64,000 nucleotides of DNA. It comes from an uncultured Eubacteriales bacterium. Its GTDB lineage: Bacteria; Bacillota; Clostridia; Oscillospirales; CAG-272. Below are positions 47,468 to 57,216 of this stretch, in pieces; within the stretch, counting starts at the first letter, position 1; each line of letters starts with the position of its first letter. Below the pieces are notes generated by a model. It worked only from the letters and a program-made list of their open reading frames with translations, did not search any database and was not told where the DNA came from. The DNA lies in assembly GCA_905201895.1 (NCBI GenBank), contig CAJKPX010000005.1:13504-77503 (forward strand), given 5' to 3'. The translations under genes were made by a program, and so were the position numbers.

Positions 47468-48685
47468 TTATCTGATTCCGTATTTTTCGATGATGTAGTC
47501 CATATCCTTGTCGCCTCTGCCCGACAGACAGATCAGAACAGAACCGTGATCCATCGTTTTTGCGAGCTTGATGCCATAGGCAACCGCGTGCGCACTCTCG
47601 ATCGCGGGAATGATACCTTCAAGACGCGAAAGCGTGAAAAAAGCGTCGATGGTGTCATCATCGTTGATCACGTCATATTTGACGCGTCCGAGATCATGCA
47701 GGAATGCATGCTCGGGGCCAGACGAGGGATAATCCAAGCCGCTTGCAACCGAATAAACGGGAGCGGGGTCTCCGTTTTCGTCCTTGAGCATGATGCTATT
47801 GAAGCCGTGCATCACACCCTCGGTGCCATATTGCAGGCTTGCCGCGTGGTCTCCAAGTGCGGTGCCTCTGCCAAGCGGCTCGATGCCGTAAATATCAACG
47901 GGATCGTTGAGGAAACCCGCAAAAAAGCCCATCGAGTTCGATCCGCCACCCACGCAGGCAACGATCGAGTCGGGCAGCTCACCCGTCATGCCGAGGAACT
48001 GCTCTCTTGCCTCAATTCCGATCACGCTCTGGAAATCGCGCACCATCATCGGGAAGGGGTGCGGTCCCACAACCGAGCCAATGCAATAGATCGCGGTTTC
48101 ATATTCTCTTGCATAAGCCTCGAATGCCGCGTCGACCGCCTCCTTGAGGGTTGCAAGTCCGTGCGTAACCTCGATGACGTTTGCACCGAGGATCTTCATG
48201 CGTGCCACGTTGGGAGCCTGTTTTTTGATGTCGACCGAGCCCATGTAAATGTCGCATTCCAGACCGAAATATGCCGCAGCCGTTGCAAGCGCCACGCCGT
48301 GCTGACCTGCGCCCGTTTCGGCAATGACCTTCTTTTTGCCCATATACTTTGCCAGAAGCGCCTCACCCATGCAGTGATTGAGCTTGTGCGCACCCGTGTG
48401 GTTCAGATCCTCGCGCTTGACGTAGAGCTGCACGTTGCCAAGCTTGTTCGAGAGGCGCTCAAGATAGGAGATGGGCGTGGGTCTGCCCTGAAACTCCTTG
48501 CGAATCTTACGCAGCTCGCCGATAAACTTGGAGGACTTGCAAATGGTGAAATATGCCTCGGTGATCTCCTGCATTGCCTTTTGCAGCTCGGGAGAAATAT
48601 ACGAGCCGCCGTATCTGCCGAAATAACCGTTCTGATCGGGATATCTTTTTAAGTACGTGTCAAAATTGATGCCGTTGAATTCCAT
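47468..48685 (-). CDS. trpB: Tryptophan synthase beta chain (stand-alone)
   Basis: [12 protein letters not shown]-lysine motif and [10 protein letters not shown]. No trpA is adjacent. Confidence 0.92.
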   Translation of the reverse strand: MEFNGINFDTYLKRYPDQNGYFGRYGGSYISPELQKAMQEITEAYFTICKSSKFIGELRKIRKEFQGRPTPISYLERLSNKLGNVQLYVKREDLNHTGAHKLNHCMGEALLAKYMGKKKVIAETGAGQHGVALATAAAYFGLECDIYMGSVDIKKQAPNVARMKILGANVIEVTHGLATLKEAVDAAFEAYAREYETAIYCIGSVVGPHPFPMMVRDFQSVIGIEAREQFLGMTGELPDSIVACVGGGSNSMGFFAGFLNDPVDIYGIEPLGRGTALGDHAASLQYGTEGVMHGFNSIMLKDENGDPAPVYSVASGLDYPSSGPEHAFLHDLGRVKYDVINDDDTIDAFFTLSRLEGIIPAIESAHAVAYGIKLAKTMDHGSVLICLSGRGDKDMDYIIEKYGIR

Positions 48686-48840
48686 AATATTTACCTAAAC
48701 CTTTCCGAGCGGGCTCTCCCGCTTTATCAAACATTTTTCTTTATCACGTATTGTTATGCGATTTGTCCGTAGCGTCTGCTCTTTGTGCATCGCCATCGTT
48801 TTGTTTTTTGCATGATCTACACCTCCAAAGCCTTTGTCGG

Positions 48841-49141
48841 AGAAAAACAAAACGCCCCCGACAGAAAAGTGATCTGCTCACTCTGTCAAGGACGAACAAA
48901 ACGAACGTTTTATCCGCGGTGCCACCTTGCTTCATCGCAATCGAAACTGCCATGCACTTTGAGGATACCGACATATCCCGAGCAAATAACGCCTGCTCCT
49001 GCGTTGCGAAATACTCGGCGGTCGCCCAACCTTTGCTCCGCACCCTCCGCGGTCCATTTGCCAAGCGGTTTCCAACCCGATTCTCATCCCCTCGGGCTCT
49101 CTGTGTGGTCCTGTCCTGACGTTATCTCCGCTTCAACGGTT
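48841..49141 (-). promoter_or_regulatory. T-box leader, probable Trp (UGG) specifier
   Basis: T-box sequence AAGGUGGCACCGCG (plus coordinates 48915-48928), an AGAGA motif in stem I, aaUGGa at 49054-49056 as a specifier candidate, and a terminator hairpin plus UUUUGUUUUU at 48841-48894. Confidence 0.75.
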
Positions 49142-49147
49142 TTTTAT

Positions 49148-49176
49148 ATTATATCACCGCGCATCTGTCTTGTCAA
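49148..49176 (-). promoter_or_regulatory. Promoter of the T-box-trpB unit
   Basis: TTGACA, 17-nt spacer, TATAAT; an exact consensus. Confidence 0.65.
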
Positions 49177-49235
49177 TAGCTTTTTTGAGAAAAAAAGAAA
49201 CATTTTTTGCTTCCTGATGTATTTTCGCAATGGTT

Positions 49236-49272
49236 AAACAAAACGGAGAGGCGTCCGCTTTGGACGCCTCCT
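49236..49272 (-). terminator. metH terminator
   Basis: aggcgtcc-aaagc-ggacgcct core stem followed by cgttttgttt. Confidence 0.6.
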
Positions 49273-49311
49273 CTTCAAATTGCACTGAAATCAAACCGCT
49301 CAAGCAGAGAG

Positions 49312-51732
49312 TCAGGTGGCAAGCTCTGCGTTGATCTGCTCGGCATAGCGAACTGCCGCCATGGCATCCTTGGCATAGTGGTCGGCACCGATCGCCTCGG
49401 CATATTCGGCGGTCAGAACCGCGCCTCCCACCACAATTTTACACCACGGCGCCTCACGGCGAAGTGCCTTTACGGTCTCCTCCATTGCGGGAACGGTGGT
49501 GGTCATGAGTGCACTCAAGCCCACAATCGGTGCATGCAGGCGAACGGTCTCGCACACGATCTCCTCGGGGGGGACGTCGCGCCCGAGATCGGTGACAGCA
49601 AAGCCATAGTTCTCGAGAATCAGCTTGACAATGTTCTTGCCAATATCGTGGATGTCTCCCTTGACCGTAGCGATCACGAAGCAGCATTTGTCCCCTGCCC
49701 TCTCGCCCGACATGCGCGATTTGATGACCTCAAACGCAGCCTTTGCCGCCTCTGCGCTCATCAGAAGCTGTGGCAAATACGTTGTTTTCTGTTCAAAGCC
49801 CGTGCCAACCACGTTGAGCGCGGGAATGATCTCCTCCTGCACCACAAGAAGCGGATCAACGCCGCCGTTGAGCATCTCTGCCGTTAGCTCTGCCGCGTGC
49901 TCCTTGAGCCCCTTTATCACGGCGTGCTGAAGCGCGGTAGCAGAGGGCTCTTTTTCTGCACTTGGTGTGGCTCTCTCAATTGTTGAGGTTGCCGTTTGCG
50001 GTGCGGGAAGCGATTGCGTGAATTCGATATAAGCAGCGCAGTTTTCGTCGATTCCCGCAAGTGCGCAATATGCGCGGTAGGTTTTCATCATTTCGGCAGA
50101 ATACGGATTCATAATTGCCGCCGAAAGACCTCGACCGAGCGCCATTGCAAAAAAGGTTCCGTTGATCAGATCGCGCATCGGAAGCCCGAAGGAAACGTTG
50201 GAAACACCGAGCGAGGTGTGGCATCCGAGCGCTTCTCGAATCAGCTCGATCGCACGCAGGGTTTCGCGAGCGGCGCTCTGATCTGCGCTCACCGTGAGCG
50301 CAAGCGGATCAAAGATAATATTCTTTTTGTCGATGCCGTATTTCTCCGCGGCACGAAGGATCGAGCGTGCAATTGCAAGACGCCCCTCTGCGGTTGCGGG
50401 AATTCCGCTCTCATCAAGTGTGAGCGCAACGATCAGTCCGCCGTATTTTTTTGCAAGCGGCAGAACGCGCTCCAGGCTCTCGCGCTTTCCGTTGACCGAA
50501 TTGATCATTGCCTTGCCGTTGTAGCGACGGAGCGCCGCCTCCATGGCAAGAGGGTCGGCAGAGTCGATCTGAAGCGGCAGGTCGACAATCGCCTGCAGCT
50601 CGGTGACCGCGTCACAAAGCATTCTCGTCTCGTCAATTTCGGGAAGCCCCACGTTGACGTCGAGAATATGAACGCCTCGCTCCTCCTGGGCAATGCCCTC
50701 CTTGAGGATATAGTCGATGTCATGCTCCACAAGCGCCGCCTTCAAGCGCTTTTTTCCGGTTGGATTGATGCGCTCGCCAATCAGGATCGGAGCGTTGCCA
50801 AATACAACCGCGTGTGTGTAGGATGAGACAACGGTGACGTCCTTTTTGACGATCGGGACAGGCTCGATCTCCTCGGACGCGCTGACCGTGGCACGGATAT
50901 AGTCGGGAGTGGTGCCGCAGCAGCCTCCTGCGATCCGCACGCCGCGTCGGATCAGCTCGGACACCTCGTCGGCAAATGCATCGGGCAGAACGTCATAAAC
51001 CGTTTCACCCTTCACGGCTCTTGGAAGTCCCGCGTTGGGCTTGAGCAGAACAGGCACAGAGGCGTATTGCAGATATTCTTCCACCACGGGAGCAAGTGCC
51101 CGCGGTCCAAGCGAGCAATTCACGCCGACCGCGTCGGCGCCCATGCCCTCCAGCATTGCCACCATCGCGGCAGGTGTGGCACCTGTCATCAGCTTGCCGT
51201 CCTCGCCGTATGCGTTGGAAACGAACACGGGGAGATCGGAGTTCTCCTTTGCGGCAAGAAGCGCGGCTTTGGTCTCGTAGCTGTCATTCATGGTTTCGAT
51301 CACAATCAGATCGGCTCCAAAGCGCACGCCGAGACGCACCGTTTTGGCAAAGATCTCCACGGCATCCTCAAAATCGAGGTCTCCGTAGGGCTTAAGCATG
51401 CGTCCCGTGGGACCAATATCAAGCGCGACCCATTTGGGTTGCCTGCCAACACTCTCCTCTGCCGCCGCACGTGCGTTTTCGATCGCCGCACGCACAACCG
51501 CCTCCAGCTCCTCCTCAGAGAATTTGAGCACGTTTGCACCAAAGGTGTTGGTATTGACAACGTGGCTACCCGCATCAAAATAGGCACGGTGGATTGCCTT
51601 GACCGCATCGGGATGAGTGAGGCTCCAGCGTTCGGGAAGCTCTCCCGGTTGGAGTCCCTGCGCCTGCAGAAGCGTTCCCATACCGCCGTCGAGATATAGG
51701 ATATGGTCGGCTAAAAATTCGGTGATCTTCAT
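49312..51732 (-). CDS. metH: Methionine synthase core (Hcy-binding, pterin-binding and B12-binding domains; no activation domain)
   Basis: LDGGMGT N-terminus, a pterin-binding barrel, and the DxHxxG B12 motif (GDIHDIGKN). Start moved to ATG 51732. Confidence 0.9.
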   Translation of the reverse strand: MKITEFLADHILYLDGGMGTLLQAQGLQPGELPERWSLTHPDAVKAIHRAYFDAGSHVVNTNTFGANVLKFSEEELEAVVRAAIENARAAAEESVGRQPKWVALDIGPTGRMLKPYGDLDFEDAVEIFAKTVRLGVRFGADLIVIETMNDSYETKAALLAAKENSDLPVFVSNAYGEDGKLMTGATPAAMVAMLEGMGADAVGVNCSLGPRALAPVVEEYLQYASVPVLLKPNAGLPRAVKGETVYDVLPDAFADEVSELIRRGVRIAGGCCGTTPDYIRATVSASEEIEPVPIVKKDVTVVSSYTHAVVFGNAPILIGERINPTGKKRLKAALVEHDIDYILKEGIAQEERGVHILDVNVGLPEIDETRMLCDAVTELQAIVDLPLQIDSADPLAMEAALRRYNGKAMINSVNGKRESLERVLPLAKKYGGLIVALTLDESGIPATAEGRLAIARSILRAAEKYGIDKKNIIFDPLALTVSADQSAARETLRAIELIREALGCHTSLGVSNVSFGLPMRDLINGTFFAMALGRGLSAAIMNPYSAEMMKTYRAYCALAGIDENCAAYIEFTQSLPAPQTATSTIERATPSAEKEPSATALQHAVIKGLKEHAAELTAEMLNGGVDPLLVVQEEIIPALNVVGTGFEQKTTYLPQLLMSAEAAKAAFEVIKSRMSGERAGDKCCFVIATVKGDIHDIGKNIVKLILENYGFAVTDLGRDVPPEEIVCETVRLHAPIVGLSALMTTTVPAMEETVKALRREAPWCKIVVGGAVLTAEYAEAIGADHYAKDAMAAVRYAEQINAELAT

Positions 51733-51766
51733 GATTTGTTCTCCAATTGGATGGTTTGTAAGAAAT

Positions 51767-52399
51767 TCATTCGGCAGGACGTCGCGCACCCCCGTTGGCA
51801 ATTCCAACAATCGCCGTGACAGACTTGGTGGGTGTCATCAAAAGGCTCTCCGAGAGGGACAGACCGATTCGGCGCGGGCAGTCAAGCATGGCAAAGATAT
51901 CGCGCTGAAGCTCGAGCGGCAGGTCGCCGTAGCCCGGGCTGAAGCGTGCACGCGTAGCTTCGCCGCGAGATGCAGCCTCGGCGGCAAGCTCCTCGCAAAA
52001 AATGTTGCAAAGCAGCTCGACCGATTCGGTTCCGATTGCCTGACAAAGGAGCGCCTGCGCAGGAGACTCGACCGAATAGCGCGCAATGAGACGGTCGAGT
52101 CCTCCCCCCACCGTTGCCGCAAAAAGCACGATGCGATCGCACCCGTCAAGTCGCTTGGCAAGGTCTGCCGACTCGATTTTGGCAAAGTCGAGGTCGAGCA
52201 TGTTGCCATCACGGTGCAGAGGCAGCTCACAGTAGCAGACCCGATTGACCAACCGCCCCCTCACGTCACGCAGCGTTTTTTCCAGAAGCGCGTCCACGCG
52301 CGGATGCCGCTCCCGCATGCCTGCATAACGCAAGATCATGCGCTCGTCGGGGGGGAGCGAGAGGTCATAGGTTCGCGTGATGACCGTTGGTGCCGTCAT
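51767..52399 (-). CDS. Stand-alone methionine synthase activation (reactivation) domain protein
   Basis: About 210 aa with RFSPGYGDLPL and TPTKSVTAIVG motifs typical of the MetH C-terminal domain. It overlaps metF by 4 nt (ATGA). Confidence 0.7.
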   Translation of the reverse strand: MTAPTVITRTYDLSLPPDERMILRYAGMRERHPRVDALLEKTLRDVRGRLVNRVCYCELPLHRDGNMLDLDFAKIESADLAKRLDGCDRIVLFAATVGGGLDRLIARYSVESPAQALLCQAIGTESVELLCNIFCEELAAEAASRGEATRARFSPGYGDLPLELQRDIFAMLDCPRRIGLSLSESLLMTPTKSVTAIVGIANGGARRPAE

Positions 52400-53274
52400 A
52401 CGCCGAGAATATCCGACAGATTGCGTTGGATCGCCGCCGCAACGTCGGGCTTGTTCATCGAATACACGTGCACGTTTGTGATTCCGTTGGCATAGAGGTC
52501 GATGATCTGATCGGTGGCATAGGCGATGCCCGCCTGCTTCATGGCGGCAGGATTGGTGCCGAATTTGTCAACGAGCGCCTTGAAGCGCTGCGGCATGAAG
52601 GAGCCCGAGAGCTTGATCGCGCGCTCCACCTGCTTGCCGTTTGTGATCGGCATCACGCCCGGAATGATCGGAACGGTGATGCCCGCCTCGCGGATCTTAT
52701 AAAGGAAATTATAGAGCAGATTATTGTCAAAAAACATCTGCGTGGTGAGAAAATCACAGCCTGCATCCACCTTTTCGCGCAGATAGCGGATATCCTCCTT
52801 TTGGCACGAGCTCTCGGGATGCACCTCGGGATAGCAAGCTCCTCCGATGCAAAAATCCGCCCCCGATTCGCGCAGCTCTCGCACCAGCTGACAGGCATGT
52901 TGATACGCCCATCTGCTGCGGTCAGCCCCCTCAAGCTCGACAGGAATATCGCCGCGCAATGCCATCACGTTCTCGATCCCCGCCGCGCGGATGTCACGAA
53001 TGCGCTCGGCAACCGTCTCGCGCGTGGAGGAGACGCAGGTGAGGTGTGCCAGGCTCGGCACGCCGTAGCGCTCCTTGATCTCTCTTGCAATGTCGAGCGT
53101 ATACCGACTTGTGCCGCCACCTGCGCCGTAGGTGACGCTCATAAAGGAGGGGCGCAGCTTGGCGATCTCCTCAGTGGCGTGTCTGACGCTTTCAAAATTG
53201 CTCTCGGTTTTGGGCGGAAAGACCTCAAAGGAGAGCGTTATTTTTTCGGATGCAAACAGCTCGGTCAGCTTCAT
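52396..53274 (-). CDS. metF: Methylenetetrahydrofolate reductase
   Basis: LSFEVFPPKT N-terminus and MTHFR barrel motifs. Start moved to ATG 53274. Confidence 0.9.
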   Translation of the reverse strand: MKLTELFASEKITLSFEVFPPKTESNFESVRHATEEIAKLRPSFMSVTYGAGGGTSRYTLDIAREIKERYGVPSLAHLTCVSSTRETVAERIRDIRAAGIENVMALRGDIPVELEGADRSRWAYQHACQLVRELRESGADFCIGGACYPEVHPESSCQKEDIRYLREKVDAGCDFLTTQMFFDNNLLYNFLYKIREAGITVPIIPGVMPITNGKQVERAIKLSGSFMPQRFKALVDKFGTNPAAMKQAGIAYATDQIIDLYANGITNVHVYSMNKPDVAAAIQRNLSDILGV

Positions 53275-53488
53275 GACAAAAATCCTCTCTTGCAGACGCC
53301 CGAAGGATCGCGCACCGACACGGTGACGGAAACACGCTTTTCGGACTTTTTTCGTTTTTATTATAGCACACGCGTCTCCACAAATCAAGTATTTTTCGCA
53401 ACAATCGCCATGTGGGCGGCAAAAAGACAGATGTATGACAATGAAATGAGCAAAAAAATGAAGAGCCCCGCACAAGGCGAGGCAAAAA

Positions 53489-54298
53489 TCATTCGTTCAT
53501 CAATCTTTCAATTTCTTTTCTTTTTTGGGTGTACTCGTAAACGGTTCCTCTGAACCATTTATCTTCAGTAAAATCTTCTTCGAAAGCGTCCATCACCTTT
53601 TGAGCAATTTTGAATTGAGCATTCGCCTTATGGGTTTCACCGATTTCCTTCAAATACATCCCCACAGCAATCAACATATCGAGCAAGACCTCTGCGGAAA
53701 TATTCTTTTGCTTTTGTGCAGCCTCATAGCTATCCTCGCCATCCAATAAGGATGCCATAAGCTCAAGCTTTGTGAAATAGATTTCCGGTATCAGCTCAAG
53801 AGTTGGTCGGATCAAATCATTTTGCCCATTCTCTTTATAGCAGATTGCCAAAATACGGCAGGCATCGTATTTCACCGAATCATCCTTAGTGGATTCAATA
53901 AGCGATTTACAGAGGGTGATCACCTCGTCTGCTCGTGTTTGGTAATCTAATGTATAGAGCAAATTATTCAAAATAATATCGTTTCCCGGAAATCTCTGCA
54001 ATCCTTCTCGTAAAATTTGTTCCGATTTTTCTTCATCGGTGAAGCGATATTGATATGCCTCATGACAGATTGCCTCAACTTGCTTTTCCATTTCAAACAG
54101 ATTAAAGTCAAAGAGTTCATCGGTGGAAACACCGAAGAAGGATGCAATAGCAGGGATCATGATCACATCCGGCATTGTGTTGCCGTTTTCCCATTTTGAA
54201 ACGGCTTGAAAGGATACTCCAAGATAGTTTGCGAAAACCTCTTGGGATATGTTTTTCTGTTTTCTTAAAGACCTGATTTTTTCTCCGAGCTTCATCAT
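53489..54298 (-). CDS. XRE-family HTH regulator with C-terminal helical-repeat (TPR-like) domain
   Basis: HTH_3 motif (IRSLRKQKNISQEVFANYLGVSFQAVSKWENG). ATG at 54298 follows GGAGG. The gene is low in GC. Confidence 0.8.
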   Translation of the reverse strand: MMKLGEKIRSLRKQKNISQEVFANYLGVSFQAVSKWENGNTMPDVIMIPAIASFFGVSTDELFDFNLFEMEKQVEAICHEAYQYRFTDEEKSEQILREGLQRFPGNDIILNNLLYTLDYQTRADEVITLCKSLIESTKDDSVKYDACRILAICYKENGQNDLIRPTLELIPEIYFTKLELMASLLDGEDSYEAAQKQKNISAEVLLDMLIAVGMYLKEIGETHKANAQFKIAQKVMDAFEEDFTEDKWFRGTVYEYTQKRKEIERLMNE

Positions 54299-54448
54299 TG
54301 TTGTTCCTCCAAATCGTGTTGGATCAGCGCTTATCCTGACTCTATTATAGCACATTCCTACCGAAAAACAATAACTCATTTGGAGAGAATTTTTCTAACG
54401 TGGGTTGAAAATAAATTGCCCCGCACGAGGCGGGGCAAAAAATGTTTT

Positions 54449-54781
54449 TTATCGGTACTGATCTAAAATCGTTCTATACGCGGGATTTTTGAGAAGCTCG
54501 GCTCGTCTACCGCCTTTAGCGTTAATACGATAATCAAAATTGTACTTAAAAAAGTTGGCACTTATCGCTTCACCGAAACGGTCAAAGGCGCGATTCAACG
54601 CTTCGTTTTTCTTTCTGAAGTCCTCTGTCTTTTTTGTCACATACAGGTTTTTATCCATAACGGTGATTACTTGTTTGTCTGTTCCATCGCGGTAACAAAG
54701 GTCATTTTCCATTCTTCCAAGGAAGGACCTTGCAAGCATGAGGAAGAATGCTTCTCCCGTTTTCTCAAATGCATTCAGCAT
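54449..54781 (-). CDS. 110-aa protein of unknown function, translationally coupled to the upstream regulator
   Basis: Its start abuts the upstream stop (TAG-ATG). No signal peptide or TM helix. A GC-rich hairpin terminator follows at about 54417-54440. Confidence 0.55.
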   Translation of the reverse strand: MLNAFEKTGEAFFLMLARSFLGRMENDLCYRDGTDKQVITVMDKNLYVTKKTEDFRKKNEALNRAFDRFGEAISANFFKYNFDYRINAKGGRRAELLKNPAYRTILDQYR

Positions 54782-55525
54782 CTATTCCCCGTACTGCACC
54801 GCACGTTCTGCCTTTTCCTCCATTGAGAGAGAAGGATTGAAAAACAAGGTTCTCCCCAGCTTATCTGCCGCAAAATCGACAAGTTCAAACATATTCTTTT
54901 GCACGTGGAAATAATATTCGCTTGTGTCTTTTGCAAACAACTGCTCGGTCTTTTGTCCGCCGGTGGTGTACCAATCGGTAAATTTTGTTTTGTAGATATC
55001 CAGTGCCTCGTCCGTCTTCCCCTCCGCATGAAGAATTTTTGCTCGCATATTCCATGCTCCAAGCCGCAAATTTTCTTCGGTACAGCCTTCCAATATTTTT
55101 CCGCAGATCGCAAGAAATTCATCCTTGTGCGCAATCAAAACAGAGGGATCATTGTCAGCCAGATCACCGCCGATGTTCCACATATAGTAATGCATGATCC
55201 AATAATCATTCGGATAATCGCGGAAAGCCTTGATGATAATTTTTCGCCCTTTTTTGTCATTCCAATGCTGTCTATACAGAGCAATTAGCCCGTCAATTTC
55301 GGCTTGAATCTTTTCTTGATTGTAGCCCATAAGCTCGTCGAGCGTTACTCCAAAGAAATATGCCAAAGGTTGAAGGAGTGTAATATCGGGGTAAGTCTCA
55401 CCTCGCTCCCATTTGCTGACTGCTGCACAGGTGACGTTCATCGCAACCGAAAGCTGCTCCTGTGTAATATTTTTTGATGTGCGCAAACGCTTAATATTTG
55501 CACCAATTGTCATTTCCATAATCAT
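54782..55525 (-). CDS. XRE-family HTH regulator with C-terminal helical-repeat (TPR-like) domain (paralog of 53489-54298)
   Basis: HTH_3 motif (IKRLRTSKNITQEQLSVAMNVTCAAVSKWERG). Three closely spaced ATGs make the exact start uncertain (55525, 55519 or 55513). Confidence 0.8.
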   Translation of the reverse strand: MIMEMTIGANIKRLRTSKNITQEQLSVAMNVTCAAVSKWERGETYPDITLLQPLAYFFGVTLDELMGYNQEKIQAEIDGLIALYRQHWNDKKGRKIIIKAFRDYPNDYWIMHYYMWNIGGDLADNDPSVLIAHKDEFLAICGKILEGCTEENLRLGAWNMRAKILHAEGKTDEALDIYKTKFTDWYTTGGQKTEQLFAKDTSEYYFHVQKNMFELVDFAADKLGRTLFFNPSLSMEEKAERAVQYGE

Positions 55526-55738
55526 ACCCCCATTGAAATAAAAGTAAGCCGACGCCTGCTTCCGGTTATATTATAGCATAAAAACAGGTTCAGTAAAGGT
55601 ATTGTCAGGAAAATCCATATTAACTCATGGTTGAAAAAAGATAGCATTGATATAGAAATATTTACTTCTACTTGCAATATTCTTGTTCTCGCCTGTGAAA
55701 GCCAAAGAACGGAGATGACGTTTTTTTCGATTTTCCGA

Positions 55739-55767
55739 TTGCAAATGCGAGCAAAACATGCTATAAT
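55739..55767 (+). promoter_or_regulatory. Promoter of the dGTPase-like gene
   Basis: TTGCAA, 17-nt spacer, TATAAT. Confidence 0.6.
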
Positions 55768-55799
55768 AGAGCAAAGGAACAGGATTGGAGGCATCGGTT

Positions 55800-57005
55800 A
55801 TGCTCAAGTATGAAAAGCTATCCCCCGAAACGGAGGCGCGCATGCAAAGCGATGCGTTGCATGGCACGCGCCCTGCGATTGCGTTCGATGAGCGAGGCGT
55901 GATCCGTCGCGACAACTCCCGCGATCAGGCGAGCGTTTGGCGCACGGCATTTATCCGCGACATTGACAAAATTCTGCATTGCCCCTACTACAACCGATAC
56001 GCCGATAAAACCCAGGTGTTCTCCTTCTACAAAAACGATGACATCACGCGCCGCGCTCTGCACGTGCAGCTGGTTTCGCGGATCGCACGAACGATCGGAA
56101 AAGCGCTCGGGCTCAACCTCGATCTGATCGAGGCGATCGCACTCGGACATGACATCGGACACACGCCATTTGGTCATGCGGGTGAGAAATATCTCGATCA
56201 GCTCCTTGCATCGCACACGGGGCGGCATTTTTCGCACAACGTCCACTCGGTGCGCGTGCTTGATCGGATCTATCCCTATAACGTCAGCCTGCAAACGCTC
56301 TCCGGTATTGCAAGCCACGACGGCGAGATGGAGCTCGACGAATACCGCCCGCAGCCTCTTGACTCGTTTGAGAAATTTGACGAGCTGATCGAGAGCTGCT
56401 ACCTCGACAAGGCGAACGTGCGCCGACTCGTCCCCTCCTCTCTTGAGGGCTGCGTGATGCGCATTTCGGATATCATCGCCTACCTCGGCAAGGATCGCCA
56501 GGACGCCGAGCGCGCGGGGATCATCTCGGGCAATCCCTTCTCCCCCTGCGAGATCGGGGAACGAAACGCCGAGATCATCAACAACATGATCGTGAACATC
56601 ATCGAGAACAGCTACGGGCACGATTACATCAAAATGGACGAGGTGCATTTTCGTGCACTGTCGCTTGCAAAAGCAGAAAACTACGAAAAAATCTACCTTG
56701 CCCCCGACGTTGCGGCTGAATTTGACGCCACTGTGAAGCCGATGATGACCGAGCTCTACGATCACCTGCTCTCCGATCTGCTCCGAGGGGATCGCACCTC
56801 GCCGATCTTCACGCATCACATTGCCTACGTCAACAAGGCGCACTACGATCGTACGCATCCCTACGAGGAAACCGAGCCCAATCAGCTTGTGGTGGACTAT
56901 ATCGCCAGCATGACCGACGACTATTTCATTGATTTGCACAGGCTCCTGTTTCCGCAGAGTCCTCACCGAATCGAATACAAGGGCTATTTCGGCAGCGAGA
57001 GCTGA
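55800..57005 (+). CDS. dNTP triphosphohydrolase (dGTPase-like HD-domain protein)
   Basis: ATG at 55800 lies 8 nt after GGAGG. Motifs: RTAFIRDIDKILH, HVQLVSRIAR, ALGHDIGHTPFGH. Confidence 0.85.
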   Translation: MLKYEKLSPETEARMQSDALHGTRPAIAFDERGVIRRDNSRDQASVWRTAFIRDIDKILHCPYYNRYADKTQVFSFYKNDDITRRALHVQLVSRIARTIGKALGLNLDLIEAIALGHDIGHTPFGHAGEKYLDQLLASHTGRHFSHNVHSVRVLDRIYPYNVSLQTLSGIASHDGEMELDEYRPQPLDSFEKFDELIESCYLDKANVRRLVPSSLEGCVMRISDIIAYLGKDRQDAERAGIISGNPFSPCEIGERNAEIINNMIVNIIENSYGHDYIKMDEVHFRALSLAKAENYEKIYLAPDVAAEFDATVKPMMTELYDHLLSDLLRGDRTSPIFTHHIAYVNKAHYDRTHPYEETEPNQLVVDYIASMTDDYFIDLHRLLFPQSPHRIEYKGYFGSES

Positions 57006-57216
57006 AGCGCTTCCGAGAGCCCCGTACCAACGAGCAACACAAATAAGAGCCCCGCATGCATCGTGCACACGGAGCTCTTGTTTTGCTTTCAGGAGCCATG
57101 CTTCCTCTCGAAGCAACCAAAAACGCGCTCCAATCGCGTTATGTTCCTGTTTCTCCATTCCGATCAAGAACGCAGAAGGTCTGCCACGTCGGCAGAGTTC
57201 AGAAACGAACGCAAAT

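Noticed and set aside
53275-53400. A SAM riboswitch upstream of metF.
   Set aside because: The leader is only about 85 nt and lacks the SAM-I core motifs. I could not match other SAM classes by eye, so it is left unannotated.
55522-55915. Minus-strand ORFs at 55522-55794 and 55625-55915 as candidate small or secreted partners of the XRE regulators.
   Set aside because: They lie in the divergent promoter region and overlap the dgt promoter and 5' end. They have no RBS and their translations are implausible.
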